64,000 nt of DNA from contig OX597815.1 of NCBI GenBank assembly GCA_951406725.2, positions 126,232,001-126,296,000 on the forward strand. Reading direction: 5' to 3'. Shown here piece by piece: positions 14,894 to 28,105 of this stretch; position 1 is the stretch's first letter, and every line of letters begins with the position of its first letter. A model generated the notes under the pieces. That model was not told the DNA's origin. It made no database searches and worked only from the letters and a program-made list of their open reading frames with translations. The position numbers and the translations under genes were made by a program. Source of the DNA: Octopus vulgaris. Lineage: Eukaryota.

Positions 14894-15272
14894 GTGGAGG
14901 CGCAATGGCCCAATGGTTAGGGCAGCGGACTCGTGGTCGTAGGATCACGGTTTCGATTCCCAGACCGGACGTTGTGAGTGTTTATTTGAGCGAAAACACC
15001 TAAAGCTACACGAGGCTCCGGCAGGGAAGTGGACTGGCGAACGCTGCTGTACTCTTTCACCACAACTTTCTCTCACTCTTTCTTCCCGTTTCTGTTCTAT
15101 TTCAAAGGGCCAGCCTTGTCACACTCTGTGTCACGCTCAATCTTCCCGAGAACTACGATAAGAGTACACGTGTCTGTGGAGTGCTCATCCACTTACACGT
15201 TAATTTAACGAGCACGCTGTTCCGTTGATCGGATCAACTGGAACCCTCGTCATCATAACCGACGGAGTACCA
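14894..15272 (+). mobile_element. tRNA-derived SINE family C (resembles octopus OR-type SINEs)
   Basis: Head GGAGGCGCAATGGCCCAATGGTTAGGGCAGCGGACTCGTGGTC...GGTTTCGATTCCC with A and B boxes, followed by a non-tRNA body. Confidence 0.8.
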
Positions 15273-15589
15273 CGTTTGCCACACTACTTTCTGAGATAAA
15301 ATTCCATTGCGCCTGACACTAATTTCAGAGTTTATAAAAATGTATCAGGTATATACTGGATTTATTCATTTGTTTAATCGTCTCTCTGTCAAACTTATAG
15401 TTTTGTACGAGGATGAGGAATTATTATTTATTGGATATTGGACATCAGATCGGTTGAATCGTTAGACTCGGAGAAATAATGTCCGGCAGTATTTGTTCTT
15501 GCTGTTTACATTCCTGATCCAAATCTCTCCGAAGTCAACTTAGCATTTCATCTTTTTTTGTCTTGGTTGGCGAGGGTGTCAATAAAATC

Positions 15590-15780
15590 CTTTTTACTAT
15601 AGGCACAAGGCCTGAAATTTGGAGGAAAGGGGTTGAGTTGATTACATCGCCTCCACCCCCGTACTCAACCGGTACTTAATTTATCGAAAGGTAAAGTCGA
15701 CCTCGGAACATAAAGACGGACGAAATGCTGCTAGGGCATTTTGTCCGACGTGCTAACAATTCTGCCAGCTCGCCGCCTTT
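15590..15780 (-). mobile_element. SINE family B
   Basis: AGGCGGCGAGCTGGCAGAATTGTTAGCACG head on the minus strand. Confidence 0.8.
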
Positions 15781-18487
15781 TGACGGGGTCAATAAAATAA
15801 AATACCAAAGCCTATGTATCGACTTACCCACTTCTCTCAAAAATGTTGGTTTTGTCAGAATGGCCTTCTATAATATATTTTTATTCAAATCTAATTTCTT
15901 AGATATGAAATTAAGCTGTCCACACTATCTAAATTTAAAGGTCTTCAAGGAATGAAATACGATGTTAACCTCGGCTGGATGTGAACTCAGAATATAAAAA
16001 AAACTGTAACTGATAAAGGAATGATGCAAATATTTTGCTCAGTTTTCTTACATTTCTGTCAATCCACCGGCTATGACTCATTAGGGTATCGATCAAAATA
16101 CTTTCTGGTGTTTAGTTTTAAGGCCGACGTTACCTTCATATTTCCATGGTTAATATACCAATCGAGTTATGGATTCTGCATATAGTCAACTGTTCCCTAG
16201 CTCCAAACATTTGACATCATACCTGTTGAACTGATGAATAAATGTTTTGCATCTCTACAACCAGTGTTCCAATTTCATTGAGATCAAAATTGCCTTCCAA
16301 GGCGTGAGAGGACAACCATGAAACATATTAATATTTATATTAGCGCATTGAATTATAGATGTGTAATATGTAGTAATATAACGAAGCACAATGATATCAT
16401 AGTACACGGCAGTTGCTGATGGTAATGATGTTGTTGTTAGTCCTAGTTTGGCCCAAAATGATCAGACTCATAGCCTTTAAGTTCCAGCCAAGCCGACTTT
16501 CTCTTTCTCTTAACAACTGCACATCTAAGCCTACAAGGTTCTGTATGTTCCCCTACTTCATGACCGCAGGATATGGATTGTGGGATATTTGGTTGCTCTC
16601 ATTATCACATCGAGGTTCCATATAGAGCACCTCTCTTTGATTCCATTGTGGAAATGCTAGTGTTTTAATTTGGTATATTTATATTTTAGTAATTTATCCA
16701 TTGTTAAGAATGCTACGTTACTGATAACTGGTTTCTTTCCAGCATCTCGTTCCAGTTTTTAGCATTAGTTAATTTACCTCCAGGTGATACTTAAATTGCT
16801 TTTAGTTCACGTGGAGTAAAAGGAGCCACTTGTTAGTATCAGAATATCATAAATCCATTGCATGTCGCATACAATTTCCGTAAAATTTCTGTAACCTAGC
16901 ATTTTAATGAACATGATATATAATGTTAATTTAAAATAGTATATAAGTTTAGCTTAGTTAGCTTCTGGTGAAACGTAGCAGTATGGGAAGCCAATAAACT
17001 GTTAGCAGAGCCAGCTACTCTGATTTATATTTAGGCTGTTTCAGTTATACAGTTTATTGCAAGTGTAGAATTGAGTTTGCTGTGTAGTAATACTATAATA
17101 AGTAGGCGAGGTTTGGCTGAATGGTTTAAAAATCACTTTACAATCATGAAGTTCCCGGTTCAAGTTCATTGCGTAACATCATGGACAAGTTCCTTTGTCT
17201 CCGTTATTCAAAAGTACGGCTTTGTCATGCACTATGTCACACTGATTTTGCTTGAGAAGCGTCACATAAAACACTGTACTAAGAGTACACGTGTTTATGG
17301 AATATTCAACTCACTTGATGAGTCTGCTTGTTTGAATAGTTGAAAACTCATGGTAGGAAATTTGAACTGCGATTCATTCAATAATAGAATGTAAACTAGT
17401 GAAGGATAGAATATTGAACAGTTACAATATTTTCATGCTCAGACGTGTTCTTCATTATCACCAATTATTCCAATTCTATTTGATTCCTTTCTTTCATAGA
17501 ATTTAGGTCCTCCATCTCTGGACGAAGGAACATTACGATAATTGTTACGGCGAAATACCATTATGTAACATTTTTCAACTGAAACTCTACTTCAATGCGG
17601 TGGATGTGGTTGTAGTGGAGAATATCTGCCGTTTGATGATTAGGATTCAACATTTTGATCCTGAATAAATGTGTATGTGTTTGAGTATTCCAAAGGCACA
17701 TGTATTCTTAACATAATTCTAAGGCAGAATCAATCAGCTCGACATAAGTTATTGGACAAGGCGCTACCTTTTGAGTTACAAACAGAATCAACTCTATGGG
17801 CTTCTATATCGTTTCTGCCTACCAGATTTCACTCACAAGGTATACGCCGTTCTAAGACGATAGAAAAAGCTACGCAGTGGCTCGAACCCTGGTACTCGTG
17901 ATTGCGAACCGCTCGTCTTAAACAGTCAGCCATATTGTACTTATGCTCGTAATAAATGTCATTGTAGTGTCAGATGTTTGATTCATATGATTTCTAATTC
18001 TGATTAATAAGGATTAATTTTATTATTTAATATCGTAGGACAGATTGCTTCATGGAAAGGGTGTAGTCGATTTAATTAATTTATGGGTAAAGTGTTGTCA
18101 ATTTAATTATTTCATAGAAGGAGTGTAGTTGAATTAATTAGCTTCCAGTAAATTATTGATACTTGTTTTATTAATCTTGGATTGTTGAATAAAAGTATCT
18201 AGCCAGGTGGGATTTGAACTCAGAACTTAAAGGGATTTTGACTAAACTCAGCAATATATTATCTCCCGTGCTTTGCCAATTTTACCAGTTTACTAAACTT
18301 ATAGAAATATAATTGATTAATTATAATTAAAAGTTGATTAATATGATTCGCTTGGAGAAATATTTTTACATGCGAATGCAAGCATTAATACACAAACACA
18401 CACATACACACAGACACACACACACACACACAGACACACACACGCACACACAAACACACACACATGGTGCGCGCGTGAATTTGTAAA

Positions 18488-18660
18488 CTAATGGAATCTA
18501 GTATGCACATCACCTAACGGATTCTTTGGGTTTCTTTGCGCAGTCGCCCGGTTTATGCGTCGAAGAAAATATGCTCCATCTTGCGGAAAGGGGGCGAGAT
18601 GAATCAGTTGCTTTTCATAATTTTGCCATCCATCAAAGAAATCTTCTGAGAGGAAGCTCC
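18488..18660 (-). CDS. Candidate exon of an unidentified host transcript
   Basis: Strong acceptor TTGTTTTTTCATTAG|GG; non-repetitive and GC-richer; one frame open (SFLSEDFFDGWQNYEKQLIHLAPFPQDGAYFLRRINRATAQRNPKNPLGDVHTRFH*); possible weak donor AG|GTGATG after 18514. No homology recognised. Confidence 0.3.
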
Positions 18661-18999
18661 CTAATGAAAAAACAAGTAAACAAATCGAGAATAAACATGG
18701 ACAATAAAAACGAAATTACTGTACTCGAGCACCTCCTCTGTATGTATATTTCTATACATAGTAAAAGGCTCAGCTATTAGCTAAGAAATCAATACAGATG
18801 TTTCTTAACACAACTCGCAATACATCTGTATGTGATAATAATGCAGTGCTCTATTTATATAAACAGAGCCATAATAAAAGTGTAACCCAAAATACATTTG
18901 GAAAACAAGTATTTATATCGGAATAATTATCAATTCTTTGCATTTGTATGTGTTTCTACATGTACATGCACCCACACCCACACCCACACACGAACACAC

Positions 19000-19122
<123 letters not shown>

Positions 19123-19168
19123 TATATGTATATTCATATATAGCCATGTAATCATATATGTGTTTGTA

Positions 19169-19218
<50 letters not shown>

Positions 19219-19224
19219 TAATCC

Positions 19225-19490
19225 AAACATGAAAACACAAAGAGAAAACACAACAACGCGAGGACGTGGAACAAGTATAGTGTTACTGGACGCTCAGGAT
19301 AGGAAAGAAAGAAGGAGGATTTAACGTTTCAAGCGGAGCTCTTCGCCAGAAGTATAGGAAACTAGGTTTCTGACGAAGAGCTCCGCTCGAAACATTAAGT
19401 CCTCCTTCTTTCTTTCCTTTCCTGAGCGTCCATTAACACTATACTTGTTCCACATCCTCGCGTTGTTGTGTTTTCTCTTTATGTTTTCAT

Positions 19491-19494
<4 letters not shown>
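19225..19494. mobile_element. Inverted-repeat mini-element (Penelope-like remnant) with two divergent HHR-like cores
   Basis: Arms ~19225-19351 and 19368-19494 are reverse complements with a few mismatches; cores CUGACGA-A-GAGC-UCC-GCUC-GAAAC (plus) and CUGGCGA..GCUU-GAAAC-GUU (minus); flanked by (TA)n on both sides. Confidence 0.7.
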
Positions 19495-19535
<41 letters not shown>

Positions 19536-19686
19536 TATATATGCATATATTCATATATATATATGTATACACATATATATGCATATATTCATATATATAT
19601 ATATATGTATACACATATATATGTATATATTCATTATATATATTTATATATATATGTATATATACATATATATGTATATATTCATA

Positions 19687-19723
<37 letters not shown>

Positions 19724-19782
19724 ATATATATGTATATATTCCACCTGCCTTCGTCTTTTGTTTATTTTCGTAAAGCTTCCCG

Positions 19783-19819
<37 letters not shown>

Positions 19820-19849
19820 TATATACATACATTCACACACACACGCACG

Positions 19850-19890
<41 letters not shown>

Positions 19891-20465
19891 ATGTAATTAT
19901 ATATTTTTATGTTATTAAAAATCATGGCACATCTGTTTCGAATACGTTCCTGCTGCACAACACTTGGAGAGGTTAAAACGGCTCAAATCGAGGTTTCACA
20001 CTGGATCCCGTAATTCAACGAATCAAATCACTTGCTAGCGTTTAGTGCATCTTCTGAGTATAAAATCTTTGCAAAAAAAACATCTTAGTCGACGTAAATG
20101 GCGTGCAACCAGGAATTCATTCGAAGCAAGTCATTATGAGAAGAAAAAAAAGAGAGAATAGTAAAAGTAGGAACGAAGAAAGAAGGAAGAGAATGTTGTG
20201 ATGGAAACTAATTCTTTTTGCTATTATCCATATTAGAAATTTAAACCAATCCTTGCCTTCGATTATTTAATAGGTTTATATGCACGCGCGCGCACAAGCA
20301 CAAAAAGTCACACACACGCACATATACTCACAAAAACCCATTGTTGCACATGAGCACAAAGATGTAGTTATATACACCTGGAAACATGCAGTGGAAAATG
20401 TGCAGAAGAAAAGTATTTCAAAGATACGTTTATTTTTAAACACTACTCAAATACAAAGTGTATCA

Positions 20466-20512
<47 letters not shown>

Positions 20513-21859
20513 ACAAAGAATTGCATGTGCACACATTGACTAATACACGCACACACGCGCACGCACGATTTGTACGAAAATTGACGGAAACAGATTTTGT
20601 TTCCACTTTTTCTAAGCGACAAAACTGTAGAGGGTAAATGTTCACAGCGAAGCAAAAATTTCTTCTTTACAAAAAAATGACACCTTACGGTATATTTCAA
20701 ATAATACAAAAACAATGTGTATTAATTAGCTGGTTAATTCAGTAATTAATTAATTAATAATTCATTCATTAATTAATCAAATATGCTGTAAAAATGGTAG
20801 AATTATTTCTGTTCGGGCTTCCGTAAAGTACAGGTATTATAAAAGTAATGTGGAAGAAAATTTTAATGTCTTGTGTCATTAAAATGCGTGCGTATTTAGA
20901 AGATATATAGTCAAAGGCGTTCCAGGCATGACCGTACTCCTTATTTTGTATAATTTATGACTAACAAGTACGACAAGTGTGATTTGAAGGAATACAGCTG
21001 CGTTTTCTAGCCGGTGGAGCGCCTGCGTGCAGAGTGCCACTAACGTGTATTTTATTTCATATATGTATAATATAAATATGTATATCTATCTATCGATCTA
21101 TCAATTAATCAATCTATCGATCTATCAATCTATCTATCTGTGTGTGTGTTATATATACATATAACATTAAATACATTATCTAATTTGTATGATATGTAAG
21201 TATTATGCGTGTATTACATGAAAGGTTGTGTATACTATACATCCATATATGATACAGATAGATAATATCTAGATGAGAAAATGGCGACTATGTTGTTAAA
21301 TAATTTTATTTACGAGTACTTCGAATGGCTTGAGGAATTATTTCCTTATATACATTAGATTGTATATGTAAAATTTTTGTAAGTCCACACAATAATAAAA
21401 TAATTAATAAAGCAATTAATTGGTTAAATAAACAGTTTGACCTCTATTACCAGACATTAATGTTACTATGATAGATTTTTTTTAATTCGACAAATATCGG
21501 TTCCAGTTGCTCATTGTGATTGTGCATAACACTGTACATGACATACATTTTAATCATTGATACAATCCATCAGACGAGCTTCCTTACAATTTCCGTCTAT
21601 TAAATTTCACTTTCACGACTTTGGTTTCTTCAACTTAATTATTACAAATCTCCCCTATGGAAAAAAGAATAGATAAATAAAAGCGTTATAAATACGTATC
21701 ATAGCTCAATAGATAATGATTTCTTCTAATCCGATGCAAGTCTGTTCAAAGGTACGGCATAATGCTATTAAATAGAATGTATTTTAAATTCTTCTTAATT
21801 TAAAATCTAAACTTGAAACCACATGAAGAAATAGCCGTAGGGTATATATTTCCAAAAAG

Positions 21860-21962
<103 letters not shown>

Positions 21963-22149
21963 ATCTATCTATTTATTTATTTATCAATCGATCAATCGGT
22001 TGAGTGATCTATTTAACTAACTATCTATCTGATTTCCTCTTTTTCTCTCCCTGTATACGTATTCCAATACGGAGCAAATAATTCACGAGAAAAAGAATTC
22101 ACGAAAAATATATGTTTATATATATATAAATATGGATCAAAACAGTTTG

Positions 22150-22215
22150 ATTCAAATTCGTTGGTACTCTGGGTTTCAAGCGTGATGCTAGTCTTCAGCC
22201 ATTTTGAATTTGAAT
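22150..22215 (-). ncRNA. Type I hammerhead-like ribozyme with extended stem I
   Basis: AUUCAAAUUC-AAAA-UGG-CUGAAGA-CUAGCAUCACGCUU-GAAAC-CCAGA-GUA-CCA-AC-GAAUUUGAAU. Confidence 0.6.
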
Positions 22216-22248
22216 TCAAAATGGCTGAAGACTAGCATCACAATAAAT

Positions 22249-22284
<36 letters not shown>

Positions 22285-22286
<2 letters not shown>

Positions 22287-22540
22287 TTCGCGAGTGCAGG
22301 AGGTTGTGAAGGCAGTTTCGAAAATCGGGTAAATACCCTAGAGAAGACGAAGAAAAAGCGGCCGGCAACCCTCCACAGGAAATCGAACCCTATAACTCTT
22401 AAGGGTCACTTAGCTCAGTGGTTCAGAGCGCTCAGTCGGGATTTGAGAGGTAAAGGGTTCAAATCCCTGTAGAGGCTTTCTGGCCACTTCTTTTCCATCT
22501 GCTAAGATGTTTTCAGAGCCTTTTGCGTTCGTGAATTCCT
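22285..22540. mobile_element. Head-to-head pair of diverged tRNA-headed SINE-like units
   Basis: Plus: TAGCTCAGTGG (A box)...GGTTCAAATCC (B box) at 22411-22466. Minus: GGGTTCGATTTCCTGTGGAGGG at 22369-22390. Both units end in G(C/T)GAATTC. Confidence 0.55.
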
Positions 22541-23504
22541 TTATTTTGTTATTTCCTGTAGAATACCAACATACGCGGCGCTTATATGCTTGTTTACAAT
22601 AGACACACACACAGACACACGCACACACATACATACAAACACACACACACACACAACACAAGGAAAGTAAATCTATACATCGCAACAATAACCTTAATAC
22701 CATGGATGATTGCTACAAATGTGAAAACAAAAGAAAAGAAACTATATATCAAAGAAAAAACGCGGAATACAAAGAGCGAGAGGAAGGGTGGGATATAGAT
22801 CTTACAACGTGACAATCGGCGTAGCCGTCACTAAGAAGCGATTTCAATGAACTAATAGCTAGGTTTCGGAGCCTGTGTAACCGTGAGGAGACATTGACAT
22901 CCTTTCGGTCATCTCAATCTAGACCCAGGGTTGAAGAATGCCGCATCTGAGAACAATGGAACATCATGAAATGAAGTAGTGTGTTCAAATACACAACACG
23001 CTTCCCTATCCGGGAAATAAGCCCTTCGTTTTTATGAGAGTGAGTTAAGTACATTAACTACAAGACCGCGCACCTTCATATAAAAACTTATGCATACACG
23101 CATTATGTGTGTGCGTGTATACATATATGTGTGTGTGTGTGTATGTGTGTGTGTGCGCGTGGGTGTGTGCGTGCGTGTGAGTGTGTATGTGTGAGTATGT
23201 GTATGTATGCATGTGAACGTTTAAATGTGTAAATGTATATATGTACGTACGCACACACATACACACACACACTAATATTTACTCTACTATACGCCCAAAC
23301 AATCACTTACGCCCACGCCTCTAATTCTAATATTTGCATACCTCCCTTAACTACAATTTAAAAAAAGATAAATTGATTACTCTGACATTTCGCTGTTGTG
23401 ACTTTACACATATGCTTTATCTCATAATGCTTTATTACTTAATATTTTCTCTGTACACATTCCACTAATCATGTACGTCTTAATATTTGTCTTTTTAGCG
23501 GTCG

Positions 23505-23612
<108 letters not shown>

Positions 23613-24341
23613 CTCTGTCTATCTGTGTGACCAGCCACCTTTGTCTATTAGCATATCTAAAGATCTGTGTTCCCTCCATAGCTTTTCCACATACAAACAC
23701 ACACACGCACACACACAGTCTCATAACGTGGGCTGTACCCGCTTGCGAATTCACACTATATATACGTGTGTCTGCTGCAGTCGTAGGTGCGACACATGTA
23801 AAGAAGGGGGCGGCCAATTTAGCTACCGGACAAAACCCACGCTATGCCAATGCACACACTTGCACTCAGACAACCACACAACTACACCCTCACACTATTA
23901 CCCCGATGGATATATGATAAACTTACTCCAAGAATAAACACATATCCTCAGTCACTTATCTCCCGGCGTTCATCTATATCGCCAAATATTTGTGTACTCG
24001 ACCCACTATCTCTAATGCCTACACAGGAACCTACAACTTTCATCAAATACACGACCCAGGTTACACAACATCCCTACAGATTCTGAAAAACGGCCGATTA
24101 ATTGCTCCCCCAAACTAACTCCCACTATAAATTATCACTTACATAGTACTTCGGAGAAAAATACAATTTCTCTTATATAGCCAAACTCTCCCATTTAATA
24201 TCACAGTCTAAAGTTTTGCAAGAAGAAACAGACAGTCGCTGGGGTATACTGAGTTCCCGAATTGAAGTTCACTGTACACGTGGTATTTTATTCTCTTATT
24301 CTTTGCAGTACACGTATACATTACATATTTGTATGTATATT

Positions 24342-24577
24342 AAGGCGCCGAGCTGGCAGACACGTTAGCACGCCGGGCGAAATGCTTAGCGGTATTTCGT
24401 CTGTCGTTACGTTCTGAGTTCAAATTCCGCCGAGGTAGACTTTTTTCTTTCATCCTTTCGGGGTCGATAAAATAAAGTACCAGTTTCGCAATGGGGTTCG
24501 ATCTAATTGATTTAATCCCTTTGTATGTCCTTGTTTGTCCCCTCTATGTTTAGCCCCTTGTGGGCAATAAAGAAATA
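24342..24577 (+). mobile_element. SINE family B with LINE-like 3' tail
   Basis: Full head and body; tail TTTAGCCCCTTGTGGGCAATAAAGAAAT resembles the LINE 3' end near 29650. Confidence 0.85.
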
Positions 24578-25242
24578 CATATTTGTATGTATGTATGTAT
24601 GTGTGTGTATGTATATGCACAAATATACATATACATATACAATCATACGTACATATGACTACATTTAGTGTGTGTGCGTGTGCTTTACATATACCTTGTA
24701 ATGTACGCCATTCTCTTCATGTGTTGACTAGTGACCACTACGATACTGCTATGATTTCGCCACCAACTGATAGTATCGAGACCGCTACGCACCCAGTGGA
24801 ACCGGGTTGCATTGATGCTGTTCGGAAAAATCCTATTCCATTGGTTTTCATTCTAGTATGCCTTTCTCAGCCTCATCTTTTCCATGCCCATACCTACATC
24901 AAACAGTGCAGCTGCAACTACTCCAGACAGGCAAAAACAAAAAAAGAACTAGTTTGTTCTGCTACTGCTAGACAAGGCGTTTTTCCCGGTTTTCATTTCA
25001 ATTTTAGTCCCCTTACGTCTCTCCCTTCCCCCTTGGTCTGTCTGTCTGTCGGCTTATCTGTGTCTATCTCTGTCTCTGTCTCTATCCATCTGTCTGCCTC
25101 TCTCTCTCTCTCTCCTTCTCTCCTTCTGTCGCTTTCACTCAATCAAACATGCACGCATGCACGTACGCTCACATAATTATACGTTTGCATATGCATATGT
25201 ATATATATATATGGATGTGTTCAGTGTGTATGTATGAATCTG

Positions 25243-25274
<32 letters not shown>

Positions 25275-25665
25275 TGTATGTATGTATGTATGTATGTATG
25301 TATGTATGTATGTGTGTGTGTATGTATAAACGAATAAGCAAGTGTTGCTTTCCTTACGTCTCGATTCCCGCCCACGCTATTTTGTTGGTAGATCGCAGAG
25401 AGATTGCACGAAAATCGTAGGTGTTTGTATCATTCTTGGTGTTGTTGCTGTTGTTTTTATTGTTGTTGTTTGTAGTTCTTGTTATCGTTGCTGTCATTGC
25501 GATTGTTTCGACTGATGTTGTTTATATTGATGTCTATATCATCGCAGTCGTCGTCGTCGTCGTCGCTGCCGCCACCATAGCCACCACCACCACCACCACC
25601 ACCACAACCACAACCACAGCCGGCATACACAATATACACACATATATATATACACACACACACAC

Positions 25666-25724
<59 letters not shown>

Positions 25725-25910
25725 AATATATATTATATATGTACATACATACATACATACATATATATATACATGAAGTGTGCTAATTATCCAAAGAGTG
25801 GACGCTTAGAGAAGCAAGATGAAAATAAAGATGAGAAGATAGGTCCACCTCTTTGGGCATGCGTTAGCGTATATACATGTGTATGAGCATCTGAGTTTGT
25901 GTGTGTATCT

Positions 25911-25948
<38 letters not shown>

Positions 25949-26254
25949 AACTCTACGTTAACTTTACTCAGAATATCGCACGAGCAATGATTAACGCTCA
26001 CAGTCTATTCAGTTATCAGCCGCCTATATTAAACATAACAGTGATTATTTCTACCAGCACACGACTAATACATTTCTGAGTGAGTGTATAATCTATTTAA
26101 TCGGCCCTATTACGTGATTATTATCTATTTTATTGATTTCTAAGGGCTAAACAGCGAAGTCACACTCTTTTGATCTTAGAAAGTAAGTGGACTAGGGATG
26201 GGGGAATAACTGTAAGGCAATTACTTCAGCATTCTACTGTTCGCTCCAAGTCGT

Positions 26255-26255
26255 C

Positions 26256-26316
<61 letters not shown>

Positions 26317-26718
26317 TTCTTTTCTCCAAAAGGCACAAGGCCTGAAATTTTGGAGGGAAGGGACCAGTCAATTGCATTGACCCCAGTGTTTCCCAGCTAC
26401 TTAAGTTATCAACCCCGAAAGAAATGAAAGGCAAAGTCGACCCAGACGAAATGCAGCGATGCATTTTGCCCGGTGTGTTAAAGATTCTGCCAGCTCGTCG
26501 CCTAAACAGCAATAATAATAATAATAATCTTTTCTACTCTAAGCACAAGGCCCGAAATTTTGGGGGAGTGGGGCCAGTCGATTACATTGACCCCAGTATG
26601 CAACTGGTGCTTAATTTATCGACCCCTCGGTGGAATTTGAATTCAGAACGCAAAGACAGACGAAATACCGCCAAGCACTTCGCCCGGCATGCTAACGATT
26701 CTACCAGCTCGCTGCCTT

Positions 26719-26752
<34 letters not shown>

Positions 26753-27300
26753 GCAGCAGCAGCAGCAGCAACAACAACGAAAACGACGACGACGACAACG
26801 ATGGCAACAATCCTTTCTACCGGAAGCACAAGGCCTCACATTTGGGGGAAGGGATTAAGTCGATTACATGGACGCCATTGCGTAACTGGTACTTAATTCA
26901 TCGACAGCGATATGATGAAAGGAAAAGTCGACTTCGGCGAAATTTGAACTCAGACCGTAAAAACGGAAGAAATGCCGCTACACACTTCGCCCAGCGTGCT
27001 AACGATTCTACCAGATCGCCGCCTTAATAACAACAACAACAATAATAAAGATAATCCTTTCTCTTATACAATGCCTGGCATTTTAGGCGTCAGTCAATTA
27101 CATCGACAAAAAATTCAGCTGGTACTTATTTTATTGATCCCCAAAAGATGAAAGACAATGTCGACATCGGCGGACTTGCACTCAAAACTTAAAGTGCCGG
27201 AAGAAATATCACAACGTATTTTTTCAGAAGCTCCAACAGCTCTGCCAATCCACTGCCCTTAAAATCAGCAACAGCAATTATTGATTCCAAATTTAAGCAC
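26255..27300 (-). mobile_element. Tandem stack of four SINE family B copies separated by (TAA)n/(CAA)n
   Basis: Copies at about 26318-26500, 26525-26718, 26810-27026 and 27055-27260. Confidence 0.8.
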
Positions 27301-27470
27301 AAGGCCAGTAATTTTTGGTGTCAGTTGAGTTCTGTACTTCCCTAGTACTTTAATTTATTAACACCGGATAGATGAACGGCACAGCTGACATTTAGAGTAT
27401 TTGAACTCAAAATATGAAGGCCCAAAAGAAATACGGCATAGCATTTTCTCCGACATGTTAACAATTCTAC

Positions 27471-27542
<72 letters not shown>

Positions 27543-27574
27543 AAGAAGAAGAAGAAGAAGAAGAAGAAGAGGAA

Positions 27575-28105
27575 GACTTTGCAACAAGTATGGACTTGAC
27601 AGAGCAAAAAAGTGGTACGAACATAGACCCGAAGGCATAATCAAAAATGATAATGCAAAGATCCTATGGCATTTTTATGATTTAGTGCGACCATGGAATA
27701 GAGAATAGGAAACCATACATAGTGTTAATTGAGAAAGAAAATAAACGATGCTGGATCATAGATATAGCATGCCCAGCTGACAACAAGATATACAATAAAG
27801 AAGAAAGAAAAGTCGATAGTTATGACAGGTGAGCTTGGGAGTTTAAGCAGTTGCGGTTGAGGAAAAAGGTGGTAGTAGTACCAATAATTGTCGAGGCCCT
27901 GGGAACAGTGAGTAAAAATCTTGAGAAGTACATGGAACAAATAGGGGCTGTAATAAGGGTAGAGTACTTGCAAAAAGCAGCACTTCTTGGAACCGCTCGA
28001 TAACTCTGGATGGCGCTCGAAAAATAAGGGGTGTTACCTTATTTCACTGGTAGTGAACAGCTGACACCGTAGTACATCTCCAGCATTAGAAGCTGTGCGA
28101 AGACA
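27575..28105 (+). mobile_element. 5'-truncated R4/Dong-clade non-LTR retrotransposon (restriction-like endonuclease domain, disrupted)
   Basis: Translation LCNKYGLDRAKKWYEHRPEGIIKNDNAKILW...RKPYIVLIEKENKRCWIIDIACPAD...VVPIIVEALGTV...LQKAALLGTAR with a frameshift and stops; flanked by (TAA)n/(GAA)n. Confidence 0.85.

Noticed and set aside
14894-14970. Possible tRNA gene
   Set aside because: Continues into a SINE body; cloverleaf incomplete.
22404-22476. Possible tRNA gene
   Set aside because: A and B boxes are present but there is no acceptor-stem pairing; treated as a SINE head.
24583-25176. 197-aa plus-strand ORF
   Set aside because: Both ends are microsatellite; the middle has no recognisable domain or plus-strand splice support.
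26255-27300. CRISPR-like repeat-spacer appearance
   Set aside because: Units are ~200-bp SINEs separated by microsatellites; eukaryotic context, no cas genes.
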